Virus record (IMG/VR): IMGVR_UViG_3300042945_002173
Reading direction: 5' to 3' (one strand)
From: a virus
Length of the DNA stretch: 64,000 bases
Part shown: one piece after another, positions 24,301-35,298 of the stretch
Layout: each line of letters begins with the position of its first letter
Numbering within the stretch: the stretch's first letter is position 1
Notes under the pieces: generated by a model
What the model saw: only the letters and a program-made list of their open reading frames with translations
The model's database searches: none
What the model was told of the DNA's origin: nothing
Translations under genes and position numbers: made by a program

Positions 24301-27300
24301 CTGGTTTATCGACAACGTCTAGTTATTCAGTAAAAACTATTGATTCTGATACTTTTAAATTAATTAATGTTGGATTTGGAGCTACGGTAACTACAGATCT
24401 TGTAAGAGATAAGATTGTAAATATTAATTCCACTGGATCTGGATATCATATTTTCGAATATCCTCCAATTCAAGTCACTGCAAATGTATCTTATGGATCA
24501 ACATTTACAGGTAGTTTCACATTTACTCCAATTGTTACTGGCGAAATTATAGGATCATACTTATATGAAAACGGAACTGAGTATGGATCAAATACTTTAA
24601 ATCTACACAAAAAACCATTAATTACTGTTAAAAATGGAAAAAATGCACAATTAAATCCTATTGTTTCAAATGGTAGAATAATTGATGTTCAAGTTTTAAG
24701 TACTGGATCTGAGTATTATTCAACACCAGAACTTATTATAGATGGAAATGGTACTGGTGCTATACTTAGACCAGTCATAGATGATGGAAAGATTACTAAC
24801 GTCATTGTTATCAATTCTGGTATTGGTTATAGCGACTCTAATACATCTATTAGAGTAAAACCAAGAGGTTCTGGAGCAATATTTGATACTAGTGTTAGAG
24901 ATCTAACAGTTAATGATGCTGAAAGATATGCAACTTACTCGAGAACTTTAAATACAAAAATATTTTCAAGTCTCAATAAAAATCTTACTGAGGATTCTCT
25001 TGTTTATGGAATATATGGATATTCGGAGGATTTAGCAAGTAATTATTTTGATAATGGAATTTCTCACTCTCCAATTATTGGATGGGCATATGATGGAAAT
25101 CCAATTTATGGACCTTATGGATATTCGGATCCAAATGACATTCAGTCTGGTGTTAGACTTTTGAATCCCAGTTATTCATTAAATTCTGGAAATATTTCAA
25201 ATAGACCATCATTTACTTCTGGATTTTTTATTGAAGATTTTGAATATACTGGAAATGGAGACCTTGATAGGCATAATGGTAGATTTTGTAAAACACCAGA
25301 ATTTCCAAATGGTGTATATGCATATTTTGCTAGTGTAACTAGAAGCATTACTTCTAATAAACTTGAACCTCTTTACCCATATTTTATTGGAAATACATTT
25401 AGGTCTTCTTTTATTGAGGAAAATTCTTACTTAAATCAAAGTTTTGATTTCAATAATTCAAATCTTATTAGAAATACTTTACCATATAAACTCAATGATA
25501 AGTATGCAAATTATGATTTCTTACTAGAACCTTATGAAATAATACCACAAGTATCAGTTATTGAATCTGTTAAATCCGGTAGTGTTAATAGTATTGATAT
25601 AATTGATGGTGGAACAGGTTATAGAATTGGAGAGACTGTAAATTTTGATGAGGAAGGTACGGAAGGAACAGGTCTTAGAGCTGAAATTTCTGAACTTGTA
25701 GGTAAAAACGTTACTAGTATTGAAACATCACTAGAAACTTATACTTCATGTGTTTTCGTATCCGATACGGATCAGTCTGTTTTTGCATATTACAGATCAG
25801 GATTTGATTTGCTTAATAATGACACTGTACTAATCAGTGGTCTTTCAACATCAATTAATAACCTACCAGGATCAAAATCAATAGGGTTAACAACAGAAAC
25901 TGTTGGTTTAGCAATAACTATGAGTAGTTATTCATCTACTCCTGGTGGAAAATCTGAAGATATTTTTGTCACTACTAGACCAACAGTATCAATTGGCGGA
26001 AGTATCAGTATTAAGTCAAATCTTGGTACAGAAATTGTAAAGGTTTTAAATGATTATAATAATGGTGTTTTAAAGGTTAAGAGATTTGCTAGTTCTGGTG
26101 TTGCACATACTTATAGCAGTAGATTAGATGTTTTAAATGATAAAATTACTATAAAAAGTAGATCTAAAATACCACAGTTTGATTCTAAACCAAATGATCT
26201 AGTTTATTTTAATGCAAAAAATTCTGTTGGTATTGGGACAACTTTTGGAGGAGCAATATATAAAACATTTACTATTGGAGTTACATCCGAAACAGTATCT
26301 ATTCCTTACAGAAGCATTTATTTACCAAACCATCCATTTAAAACTGGTCAAAGAGTTACATTTACAAAATCCGATCTCGCAGGTGTTGACTCTTTAATTG
26401 TTGGTAATGATGCATCTTCATTAAATACATTCCAAATTCCAAATACTCTTACTTTAACATCTGACGTTTATATAATTAATAAAGGTAAAGATTATGTTGG
26501 ACTTGTAACCCAAGTTGGATTAACAACAAACAGTGAGGGTCTATATTTTTATAGTGATGGTACAGATAACTCCGAATATCTATTACAAACAAATTATAAT
26601 CAAGTAACTGGTCAAATTGATAGAGTGGTGACTGTTGTAAGCACTGCTCAAAGTCATGGGTTATTGAATAATGACTCTATTAAGTTGACCATAGTTCCTA
26701 ACGTTATCGTTGGTGTTGGAACTACATCAGCATTAACACTAACATTTAATGAAACTGATAAAAAAATATTAGTCAATCCAGTAGGTGTTAATTCTTCACA
26801 AATTAATACTACATCTAACACAATTACTATAACTAATCACGGATATAATACTGGTGATAAAATTTTCTATAATAGTACTCAGGTTGCTTCTGGATTAGAA
26901 ACTGGATCATACTATGTAATTAAAGATAATAATAATGAATTCAGACTTGCAGAAACTCTTTATGAGACTATTCCACCGAATGAGAAAGTTGTAAACATTG
27001 TTGGAACTGGTGCATCTATTCATACTTTTGCCCTTATAAATCCAAGCATAAACGTTGTTAAAAATTCTACGATACAGTTTAATCTTGGTGATTCATCTCT
27101 GAATGGTTATAAACTTAAAATTTTTAAAGATGAAGAATTAAAAAATGAATTTGTAAGCACAAGTGATTCTAGAAACTTTAATGTTACTGGAGTTGGTACA
27201 GTTGGATTTGGAACTGCATCACTTTCAATCAAGTGTACAGAAAATACTCCATCAAAACTTTTCTATGCTCTAGAAAAATCTGGTTATATAAGTACCGCTG

Positions 27301-30300
27301 ATAAAGATGTTAGAAATTATTCTCAAATTAATTATGTAGATAGTGAATACAATGGAACATATAGTATTTTTGGAATATCAACAAATTCTTTTAAGATATC
27401 TCCATCACAAGTTCCATCCGTTTTAAAATATACTTCTGATCAAACTGATAAATTAGAATATTCTACAAAATCTTCAACAGCAATAAATGGTTCTATTGGA
27501 AAAATAAAAATTATTTCTGAAGGATTTAATTTCAAAAAACTTCCGAAATTTAAAGACATAACTACTGAAGAAGGACAGGATGCTAATATTGTAGCAGTAT
27601 CAACTTCTATCGGAAGAATTAAAAATGTTAGAATTAAAGATGTTGGATATGAATATCCATCTGATAAAACTCTGACTCCTGAAGCATTTATTTCACCTAT
27701 TGTAAAATTAGATAATTCTAATACAATTGATGAAATTGATATAGTTTCGGGAGGTTCTAGGTATTTAACTGCACCAGATTTGTTACTTTGGAACGATAAA
27801 ACAAAAACAGTTATTGATAGTTCTTCTTTAATTGCAATTACTCCAAGTGGTGCAATTTCGGAAGTAAATCAAATAGCACCAATATATGGATTAAAATCTG
27901 ATCAACATAAAGTTATTGCAATTAATAATTCTAATGGAGCTGGAATTAGTTCAATAGTTACTGGAAACACTGGTGTTGCAACTTGCACATTATCGACACC
28001 AATTTTAGGATTTACTGCACCATTATTTGCAGATGGTGATGAAATTTTTGTTGAAGGTATTGATTTAATTGATAATGGAACAGGATATAATTCTAAAAAT
28101 TATGATTATAGATTTTTCAAAGTACAGTCTTATGTTAATTCTAATCCAGCAGTCTTAACTTTTGCGGTTGTAGATGAACTAGGTGTTGGATTGTCAACAA
28201 ATCCAGGAATTGCAAAAACTTTCCAATCTGGATATGCAACTATTATTAATAAGAAACATTATCCAGAAATTAATGTAATTAAAAAGAGAGCAGCATTTGC
28301 ATTAAACGAGCAATTGTTTGTTAATACTGGTACAGGATTTATTGAGAGAGATCTATATGTATCCTCTATAAGAGATGAATATATTAAGGTTAATGGGTCT
28401 TACGCACTTAAAAAGGGTGATCAAATTAAAGGAAAAGTAAGTGGTGCAATATCAGATGTAAGTTCTGTTAATCAAAATAAATCTAAATTTAAAATTGACT
28501 ATTCATCTAAACAAAACATTGGGTGGAGAAATGATATTGGAAAATTAAGCGAAGATTATCAGGTTACTCCTGATAATGATTATTATCAAAATCTTTCTTA
28601 TTCTATTAAGAGTCCAATAACTTGGGATAAATTTGTTTCTCCTGTTAATAGTATTATTCACCCAGCTGGATTGAAAAATTTCGCAGATGTTGGCATTATA
28701 TCATCAACAAGAGCTTCTGTTGGACTTTCTGGAACAACAAATAGCATAGCTGTTTTAGACGTTATTGAAGAAAAAAGAGTAGATGTTATTAATAATTTTG
28801 ATAATGTTATTGACTATGACATCAGAACAAATCCAGATCAATCCAAGTACTTAAAAATACAAAATAGAAAATTAACTGATTATACTGAATGTAGGACTAA
28901 TAGAGTTTTAATTCATGATGATATTAGTTCAAGATTTTCAAGCAGAGGGTTTGAAGATCCATTTGTAGAAATTGAAGAAATTGATACTATTGATTCTCAT
29001 GTAAGATATACAATTCAGATTGTGGATCCTGATACATATGATTCACAAATAACCGAACTTGTGCTACAAACAACAACATTAGACTCTATCTTATTTGAAA
29101 AATATACGGCATATAGTAATGAATTGCTTGGGGAGTTTAGTGCAAATGTTGATGATGCTGGAAGAAAAACTCTAATATTTACACCAACAGACAGATTTGA
29201 TAGAGATCATGACATTAAAATTTTGAAGAAAACTTTTGCATCTCCAGAAGTAGGGTCGGGAATTGGAACTAATACATTCGGTTCTATTAATTTAATAGGA
29301 TCTACTATCATTGGAATTTCCAGTGTGGGAACAGCAAATAGTATAAGAACTATCGCACAGTTCTCAGATACTAACTTTAACGGTTTATTTGCAAATATTG
29401 AAGTTACAAATACTCTAAGCAAAGAAGTAAATTATATTGAAGCTGCATTAGATTTTGATGGATCAAATACGTATCTAAGTGAGTATTACTTTGACACTAG
29501 AACTCAATCATATAGTCTATCTTCTATTGGCATTGTAACAGCAATCTACGATCCTAATGCGGGAATTGTATCATTTAGAGTTCAAAATGATGAAGTTAAC
29601 CTTCTAGATGTTAGATCTAATATTGTAGGGTTTGCTGCAACTAGTTCTGGTATTGGGACTTATAGATTTTCTTTACCTGGACAACCAATTGGAGCAGAGA
29701 GAACTGCCAAGTTAGAATCAACCGTTGGTTTTGGCACTACTTCTATTAAAGTAGGAACATTTGATTTAGATTTAATATCATCTGTTTCATCTATTGTAAG
29801 AGTTTCTTCTGGAAACAGTTCTGCAATTCATCAGGTTTCAGTTTTAAACGATACTGAAAATATAACCGTTGTTCCTGGTCCTTTTTCACCAACAAATAAT
29901 GTAACAGGACTTGGAACTTTTGGAGGAGAAATTTCTGGAAATAAATTCTTCTTAAATTTCTACCCAGATTCTTCAAGTTCCAATACAAATATTCAAGGAT
30001 TTAATGAAGTCCTTTATACGTATAGTGATTTTGATAATGAACCACCTTCATTAAAGTATGGAAATACGACTCAAAGTCTATTTTTATCCGCATATGATGG
30101 CATTAATGGTACAAGAGCAAATAAAGTCAACTTTACCTTAAAACATGAAGAGATTCCCATTTATAAAAAGGTATTTGATCCATCAGATTCTACTACACTT
30201 AACCTATCTACTGGTGTATTCACCATTAGAAATCACTTCTTTAATACAGGAGAAGAATTAATTTATAGTCCCAAATCATCTTTTATTGGTGTTGGTCAAA

Positions 30301-33300
30301 GTGCAATGGGAATTGGTGCAACATCAAATTATCTTGGTATTGTTACTAATAGATTACCAGAAAAAGTGTATCCTATTGCACTTACACCAGATACATTTAA
30401 GTTGGCAACTAGAAAATCTTATGCATCTTTAGGTATTGGCGTAACATTTACTGATGTTGGTCTCGGCAATGCTCATGAATTGGAAATGACTAAAAAACTC
30501 TCAAAGAGTGTCATTTCTCTTGATGGTATTGTACAGCAACCCATTACGTTTACTCCAATATCACATCGTTTAGATTATAACAGTGGTGGAATTAGTGCTG
30601 GAATTTCTACTTTCAACCTTAGTGGTATTTCCTCAATACAACCAAGAGATATTCTAAAAATTGATGAAGAATATATGAAAGTTATTGAAGTTGGTGTAAG
30701 TTCAAATACAGGAGGGAAAATTACAGGTATTATTAATTCTTCTGGAATTTCAACTTTCCCAACAGTTTCTGTTGTAAGAGCATCTGTTGGCAGTACTGCT
30801 ACCACACATACTGATGGTGCAACCGTTCAGGTTTATAGAGGTTCATTCAATATAGTTGGAAATGAAATTTGGTTTGTGGATCCACCCAAAGGAAATACAA
30901 GAGCAAGAAGAGATGCAAGTAATCTTCCTTATGTAAGGGCTCAATATGCAGGAAGAACATTCCTAAGATCAAACTATGACACAAATATGATATTTGATGA
31001 TGTTTCAGATCAATTCACTGGAATTGGAAAAACATACACTATGACTGTTGAAGGAATTAACACAACTGGTGTTTCTATTGGCAACGGTATATTGTTTATT
31101 AATGGTGTATTCCAAACTCCAACAACTATTAATAATGCTGGGAACAACTATGAATTTGCAAATGACAACGTTGCTGGTATCTCCAGTGTTGTATTTACAG
31201 GTATCACTTCAACAGATGGAACATATATTAAATCTGATTTCGATATTAACCAAAATCAACTTCCAAGAGGAGGTCTAATTGTTTCACTGGGATCAACTCC
31301 AGGATTAGGATATGCTCCACTAGTCGGTGCAAAAGTAAGAGCTGTATTAAATGGATCAGGAACTATTACCAGTATAACGGGAATTTCTCATACTGGTCCT
31401 GGGCAATCAATTAGCACTGCATCTTATAATAATGAAACTGGTATTATAGAAATAACAACTACATCAAATCACAATTTTGTTGGTGGTGATAGAATTAAAT
31501 TGGTTGGTTTAGGATTTACTTGCCCATCAGGTGCAGGTATTGTATCTTACTTCCCATCACGAGGATTGGATTATTCTTATGATATTGTTAATATTATTTC
31601 TTCTAATTCATTTACCGCAAATGTAGGAACTAGCACTTTACCACATTCCTATATTGGATTTGGTACTGTTTTCCCTTGGTATGATTTAAATTATGGTTCT
31701 GGATATAGAGATCCTGTTTCAATAGGTGTTACTGACCCTAATCATGCAGGTGCAGGAGCAACTATTACAGCAACAGTTGGTGCTGGTGGTACATTAGCAT
31801 TCAATGTTATTAGTGGAGGATCTGGATACGTTGAACCATATATTAAAATACCAGAACCAATTTATGAAAATCTTCCAGTTATTGGAGTTTCCAGAGTTGG
31901 TGTTGGATCAACAACTGCAACTGGTTCTAATTTGTTGATGAATATTAAAATTGGTCCTTCTCCATCAACTGTTGGAATTGGTTCAACACTATTTCTTGTT
32001 GAATCTTTCCAAATTTCAAGACCAGGTTATGCATTCCAAGTTGGAGATATATTTAAACCTGTTGGACTTGTTACTGCAAAAGATTACGTTCAACCATTAG
32101 AAGAGTTCCAACTTGAAGTTGTTGAAACATTCCAGGACTTTTTCTCTTCCTGGTCTTTTGGGGAAATGAATTACATTGATAGCATTTCTACATTACAAAA
32201 TGGAAGTAGAACAAGATTCCCACTTTATTACAATGGACAGTTATTAAGTTTTGAAGTTGATCCAAATAATCCTCTTTCTGGAGCAATTAATCTTGATGCT
32301 GTTCTTCTAATCTTTGTAAATGGAGTAATACAAGAACCAACATATGCTTACAGATTTTTTGGTGGAACATCATTTGAATTTACTGAGGCACCAAAATCAT
32401 CCGATAAAGTTGATATCTTTTTCTACATTGGTCAAAATGGAGTTGATATTTCAATAATTGATGTTAATGAAACAATAAAAATTGGTGATGATGTATTTGT
32501 TAGAAAAAATCCATTTTATCCATTAATAACCGATCAAGATAGAGATAGAACTATTGTTGATATTAGTGGTTCTGATACTGTTGAAACAGATCTTTATGTT
32601 GGAACTTCAATTAATGATACAAATTACCGCCCAATAGAATGGATCAAACAAAAAACAGATAAGTACATTAAAGGAGATGTTGTTTATAAAACACGCGACT
32701 CTCTTGAACCATTTGTTTATCCAACTGCAAAAATAATAGGAGATGTTACAGCAAGTTCTTCAAATATTTTTGTGGATAATGCTCAATTCTTTAATTATGA
32801 AGAAAATAATTATGGAATTACAATAACTTCTGTTGATGGTCTAATAGTTCAAGGAACAGATCCGGTTGCTGCTGCATTTACTGCAACAGTTTCGGCAGCA
32901 GGAACTATTTCTGCAATTACTATAACAAATCCAGGATTTGGATATTCGACAAGTGTTCCTATTAAAATTTCTAATCCTAGAGTTGGTGTCGGAACGTTCA
33001 GTTTAGAAACTGTTGGATTGGGTGTGGGTATTGGTATTGGAATAACCGCAACTGCTATTGCTAATGTTTCTGGAAGTCAGATAGTTTCAGTATCCATTAC
33101 AAATCCTGGATTTGGATACACTGTGGCACCAAATCTTATTATTGAGGTTCCACCAGTAACAAGTGAAAAAATTACAGGAATTGCAAATATACAAGGTTTT
33201 AGTGGTATTATTACTGGCATTAGCACTACTACTGGAACTGGCGGACATCCATTAGCACTAAAAATTAATTTTAGAGCAAATGCTTCAGATGCAAATGATT

Positions 33301-33701
33301 TGCAAGCAGGATATCCAATATTTGTATACAACACAACTGTTGGAAATGGAGTTACCTCTGTTAATAGTAACGATTCTTCTGTAGTTGGAATAGGAACTAG
33401 TTTCTTAGATAATGTTTATATTGTTAATTCAAAAACTAATTTCGGACCAGATGCAGAAATAATATGTAATATTAAATCAAATAGCAACGTTATCGGAATT
33501 GCTACCACAGGATCTCTTACACTACCATTAGGAAATATTTCTTGGGGTAGATTATATAATTTCTCTTCTAGAACCAATCCGATTTCTATTGGAGTTACTG
33601 GTTTAATTGTTGACTCTGGATTATCAACATTCCCAACTATACAAAGGAGAACATTTGGATTAAGAAATAGTGGTGCTATTAGGAAACTTTCTAACTTATA
33701 A
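21318..33701 (+). CDS. Giant baseplate wedge initiator gp7-like protein, 4127 aa
   Basis: Lies between gp6 and gp8; FYQSKG..S..LF, HPAG; internal YHYH-like segment. Confidence 0.75.
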   Translation: MSDFEKRVQINKIIESQLPEFIVSDFPKATEFFKQYYISQEFQGGTVDIAENLDQYLKLDNLVPEVVTGQTSLVYDVTSSAGIVTVTSTKGFPSEYGLLKIDDEIITYTGITTNTFTGCVRGFSGITNYSNVGISSFDDNVNKQSLTFSKTTAASHNKTSIVTNLSVLFLQEFYKKLKYTFTPGLENYDFVSDLDVGNFIKHARDFYQSKGIEESVKILFKVLYGVDANVLDLEARLIKPSAADYIRREIVVAKNISGNPLNLEGQTIFKSTDTTTNASVSDVEIFTKNNETYYQLGLFVGYNERDLIEGIFTIPGKTKVLENVSVGSSIISVDSTIGFGQTGTLISGDNIIDYTSKSINQFFGCTGITDSISIASDIRSNETIFGYENGDTSKRVDLRITGVISGFEELGNVSLIDEGEEITVKNLGEIIDNPTSGDKTYKEVFANSWIYNTSTRYQVSSISGSTFTLLSLIDKSSLREGDTVDILYSYTNNIASSNAIVTSINTALNQIILSNISGFTPVSTQSYDIRRKIKKATSLNVPLVLGNNNYISNTLNVYNNLDKESYVASNSLPSYQINDEIVESSIPNGSSSYLDDYDSVSQAYSIIRFPSNVRFIDGDVVVYTSSNPLSGLISGFEYYVRLVGTNGIRLYASKSLLSGSEYVRFQEKTTSGTHVFTLKRHENRNISANKILRKFPIEKITSNNGTSLRRSINNVIGGIGLLIDGVEISCPESLDKIYYGPIKEFNVLNSGKDYDVVNPPRIIISSGSTTGTGVTALVDPIISGIVKSVYVDPQDFDVDTAISITLTGGNGSGCILEPIIGERFREVEFDSRALTIGGGVDLTDETITFQTFHNFADGERIIYNQNGNDPLLIGTFGDVSNTPTGALVSGDEYIAKFVNTRTIKLFNTESDYLSGINTIGFSTSTSFSGIHKFRTLSKKTIRNIKVLEGGSGYQYRKLRVKASGISTDYNTITFKNHGFKTGDVIIYSSTGTEISGLSTTSSYSVKTIDSDTFKLINVGFGATVTTDLVRDKIVNINSTGSGYHIFEYPPIQVTANVSYGSTFTGSFTFTPIVTGEIIGSYLYENGTEYGSNTLNLHKKPLITVKNGKNAQLNPIVSNGRIIDVQVLSTGSEYYSTPELIIDGNGTGAILRPVIDDGKITNVIVINSGIGYSDSNTSIRVKPRGSGAIFDTSVRDLTVNDAERYATYSRTLNTKIFSSLNKNLTEDSLVYGIYGYSEDLASNYFDNGISHSPIIGWAYDGNPIYGPYGYSDPNDIQSGVRLLNPSYSLNSGNISNRPSFTSGFFIEDFEYTGNGDLDRHNGRFCKTPEFPNGVYAYFASVTRSITSNKLEPLYPYFIGNTFRSSFIEENSYLNQSFDFNNSNLIRNTLPYKLNDKYANYDFLLEPYEIIPQVSVIESVKSGSVNSIDIIDGGTGYRIGETVNFDEEGTEGTGLRAEISELVGKNVTSIETSLETYTSCVFVSDTDQSVFAYYRSGFDLLNNDTVLISGLSTSINNLPGSKSIGLTTETVGLAITMSSYSSTPGGKSEDIFVTTRPTVSIGGSISIKSNLGTEIVKVLNDYNNGVLKVKRFASSGVAHTYSSRLDVLNDKITIKSRSKIPQFDSKPNDLVYFNAKNSVGIGTTFGGAIYKTFTIGVTSETVSIPYRSIYLPNHPFKTGQRVTFTKSDLAGVDSLIVGNDASSLNTFQIPNTLTLTSDVYIINKGKDYVGLVTQVGLTTNSEGLYFYSDGTDNSEYLLQTNYNQVTGQIDRVVTVVSTAQSHGLLNNDSIKLTIVPNVIVGVGTTSALTLTFNETDKKILVNPVGVNSSQINTTSNTITITNHGYNTGDKIFYNSTQVASGLETGSYYVIKDNNNEFRLAETLYETIPPNEKVVNIVGTGASIHTFALINPSINVVKNSTIQFNLGDSSLNGYKLKIFKDEELKNEFVSTSDSRNFNVTGVGTVGFGTASLSIKCTENTPSKLFYALEKSGYISTADKDVRNYSQINYVDSEYNGTYSIFGISTNSFKISPSQVPSVLKYTSDQTDKLEYSTKSSTAINGSIGKIKIISEGFNFKKLPKFKDITTEEGQDANIVAVSTSIGRIKNVRIKDVGYEYPSDKTLTPEAFISPIVKLDNSNTIDEIDIVSGGSRYLTAPDLLLWNDKTKTVIDSSSLIAITPSGAISEVNQIAPIYGLKSDQHKVIAINNSNGAGISSIVTGNTGVATCTLSTPILGFTAPLFADGDEIFVEGIDLIDNGTGYNSKNYDYRFFKVQSYVNSNPAVLTFAVVDELGVGLSTNPGIAKTFQSGYATIINKKHYPEINVIKKRAAFALNEQLFVNTGTGFIERDLYVSSIRDEYIKVNGSYALKKGDQIKGKVSGAISDVSSVNQNKSKFKIDYSSKQNIGWRNDIGKLSEDYQVTPDNDYYQNLSYSIKSPITWDKFVSPVNSIIHPAGLKNFADVGIISSTRASVGLSGTTNSIAVLDVIEEKRVDVINNFDNVIDYDIRTNPDQSKYLKIQNRKLTDYTECRTNRVLIHDDISSRFSSRGFEDPFVEIEEIDTIDSHVRYTIQIVDPDTYDSQITELVLQTTTLDSILFEKYTAYSNELLGEFSANVDDAGRKTLIFTPTDRFDRDHDIKILKKTFASPEVGSGIGTNTFGSINLIGSTIIGISSVGTANSIRTIAQFSDTNFNGLFANIEVTNTLSKEVNYIEAALDFDGSNTYLSEYYFDTRTQSYSLSSIGIVTAIYDPNAGIVSFRVQNDEVNLLDVRSNIVGFAATSSGIGTYRFSLPGQPIGAERTAKLESTVGFGTTSIKVGTFDLDLISSVSSIVRVSSGNSSAIHQVSVLNDTENITVVPGPFSPTNNVTGLGTFGGEISGNKFFLNFYPDSSSSNTNIQGFNEVLYTYSDFDNEPPSLKYGNTTQSLFLSAYDGINGTRANKVNFTLKHEEIPIYKKVFDPSDSTTLNLSTGVFTIRNHFFNTGEELIYSPKSSFIGVGQSAMGIGATSNYLGIVTNRLPEKVYPIALTPDTFKLATRKSYASLGIGVTFTDVGLGNAHELEMTKKLSKSVISLDGIVQQPITFTPISHRLDYNSGGISAGISTFNLSGISSIQPRDILKIDEEYMKVIEVGVSSNTGGKITGIINSSGISTFPTVSVVRASVGSTATTHTDGATVQVYRGSFNIVGNEIWFVDPPKGNTRARRDASNLPYVRAQYAGRTFLRSNYDTNMIFDDVSDQFTGIGKTYTMTVEGINTTGVSIGNGILFINGVFQTPTTINNAGNNYEFANDNVAGISSVVFTGITSTDGTYIKSDFDINQNQLPRGGLIVSLGSTPGLGYAPLVGAKVRAVLNGSGTITSITGISHTGPGQSISTASYNNETGIIEITTTSNHNFVGGDRIKLVGLGFTCPSGAGIVSYFPSRGLDYSYDIVNIISSNSFTANVGTSTLPHSYIGFGTVFPWYDLNYGSGYRDPVSIGVTDPNHAGAGATITATVGAGGTLAFNVISGGSGYVEPYIKIPEPIYENLPVIGVSRVGVGSTTATGSNLLMNIKIGPSPSTVGIGSTLFLVESFQISRPGYAFQVGDIFKPVGLVTAKDYVQPLEEFQLEVVETFQDFFSSWSFGEMNYIDSISTLQNGSRTRFPLYYNGQLLSFEVDPNNPLSGAINLDAVLLIFVNGVIQEPTYAYRFFGGTSFEFTEAPKSSDKVDIFFYIGQNGVDISIIDVNETIKIGDDVFVRKNPFYPLITDQDRDRTIVDISGSDTVETDLYVGTSINDTNYRPIEWIKQKTDKYIKGDVVYKTRDSLEPFVYPTAKIIGDVTASSSNIFVDNAQFFNYEENNYGITITSVDGLIVQGTDPVAAAFTATVSAAGTISAITITNPGFGYSTSVPIKISNPRVGVGTFSLETVGLGVGIGIGITATAIANVSGSQIVSVSITNPGFGYTVAPNLIIEVPPVTSEKITGIANIQGFSGIITGISTTTGTGGHPLALKINFRANASDANDLQAGYPIFVYNTTVGNGVTSVNSNDSSVVGIGTSFLDNVYIVNSKTNFGPDAEIICNIKSNSNVIGIATTGSLTLPLGNISWGRLYNFSSRTNPISIGVTGLIVDSGLSTFPTIQRRTFGLRNSGAIRKLSNL

Positions 33702-33735
33702 ACACAAGGTATAAATACATAAAAAACGTTTAACA

Positions 33736-35295
33736 ATGTCAGCACTTGTTACTGATCAATTTAGGATTTTGAATGCTAGTAATTTTGTAGATTCTGTCGA
33801 ATCTACAAATAATTCATATTATATTGCAGTTGGGTTACCAAATCCAACTGCAGTTGGATTTGGAAGATCCACAAATTGGAACACTAATCCACCAGCACCA
33901 GTAGATAATTTTTCATATGTGGATCATTATGGTGATACTATTTTATATGGTAAAAGAATAACCTCTGCAAATATTAGAAGGATAATTAGAAGAATAGATT
34001 GGACGGCAGGAAATAGATATGAAATGTATAGAAATGATTATAGTATTCTCAATCCAAGTCCATTAACTAATTCATCTAGACTATATGATGCAAATTACTA
34101 TGTAATGAATAGTGATTATAGAGTTTATGTTTGTATTGAAAATGGGTCAAATGGTACAAATGTAAAAGGTAATGTATCTCAGGACGAACCAACATTTACA
34201 GATTTAGAACCATCAAGGGCAGGTGATAGTGGTGATGGATATATTTGGAAATATCTTTTTACTGTTTCACCTAGCGATATTGTTAAATTTGATTCTACAG
34301 AGTATATAACTGTTCCAAATGGTTGGTTAACATCTAATGATTCTCAAATATTAGCAGTTAGAGAGTCAGCAGATTCCACAGTAAATAATAACCAGATTAA
34401 AACAGTATATATTGAGAAGGCAGGAGCAAATTACTCAAATGGATTAGGGCAAGAATTTAATATACTTGGTGATGGAAGCGGTGGTAGAGTTAGGGTTGAT
34501 GTTGAAGGTGGAAAAGTAACTAATACAATTGTTACTTCGGGAGGAAAAAATTATAGTTATGGATTGGTTGATTTAGGATCAATTAATTTAAATTCTACTG
34601 GAACTAGTGCAAAATTAGTTCCTATTATTCCACCTTCAAGAGGACATGGTTATGATATCTATACAGAACTTGGAACAGATAAAGTTTTAGTTTATGCTAG
34701 ATTTGATGATTCTACAAAAGATTTTCCAGTAGATACTAGTTTTGCTCAGGTTTGTATTATAAAAAATCCAACAGCATTTGGGTCTTCGACAGTATATACT
34801 GACAATACTTTTACTGGTTTATACTCAATGTTATTTTCATCTATTACCGGCACCCCAACGGTAGGAGAAAAAATTGAGCAGATAGTTTCTAGTGGATCAT
34901 CCAAAGCGATTGGATATGTAGCTTCTTGGGACAGTGAAACAAAAGTTTTAAAATATTTTGTGGATCGTTCTTTATATTACAATCAAACAACACTTGATCA
35001 ACAAGATTATGTTGGCATTTCTACAAATGGTAGACTTTATCCGTTCGAATCTTCTGCTAATCAAGTTATTGGAAAATCCTCAGGATTTTCTGCTTCAATA
35101 TTTACTGGATTTTCTGGAATTTCAACAAATCCAACAGGATCAAAATTAATTAATTTGGGTGTTAACTTTACTTCTGGGTTAGCAACTCCTGAAATAAATA
35201 AAGGATCGGGAGATATAATCTACCTCGACAATAGACCTACAATTAGTAGGAGTGCCCGTCAAAAAGAAGACATCAAAATAGTACTGGAATTTTAA
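33736..35295 (+). CDS. g8: Baseplate wedge subunit gp8
   Basis: YRVYVC..N, DGYIWKYL, C-terminal QKEDIKIVLEF. Confidence 0.88.
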   Translation: MSALVTDQFRILNASNFVDSVESTNNSYYIAVGLPNPTAVGFGRSTNWNTNPPAPVDNFSYVDHYGDTILYGKRITSANIRRIIRRIDWTAGNRYEMYRNDYSILNPSPLTNSSRLYDANYYVMNSDYRVYVCIENGSNGTNVKGNVSQDEPTFTDLEPSRAGDSGDGYIWKYLFTVSPSDIVKFDSTEYITVPNGWLTSNDSQILAVRESADSTVNNNQIKTVYIEKAGANYSNGLGQEFNILGDGSGGRVRVDVEGGKVTNTIVTSGGKNYSYGLVDLGSINLNSTGTSAKLVPIIPPSRGHGYDIYTELGTDKVLVYARFDDSTKDFPVDTSFAQVCIIKNPTAFGSSTVYTDNTFTGLYSMLFSSITGTPTVGEKIEQIVSSGSSKAIGYVASWDSETKVLKYFVDRSLYYNQTTLDQQDYVGISTNGRLYPFESSANQVIGKSSGFSASIFTGFSGISTNPTGSKLINLGVNFTSGLATPEINKGSGDIIYLDNRPTISRSARQKEDIKIVLEF

Positions 35296-35298
35296 AAA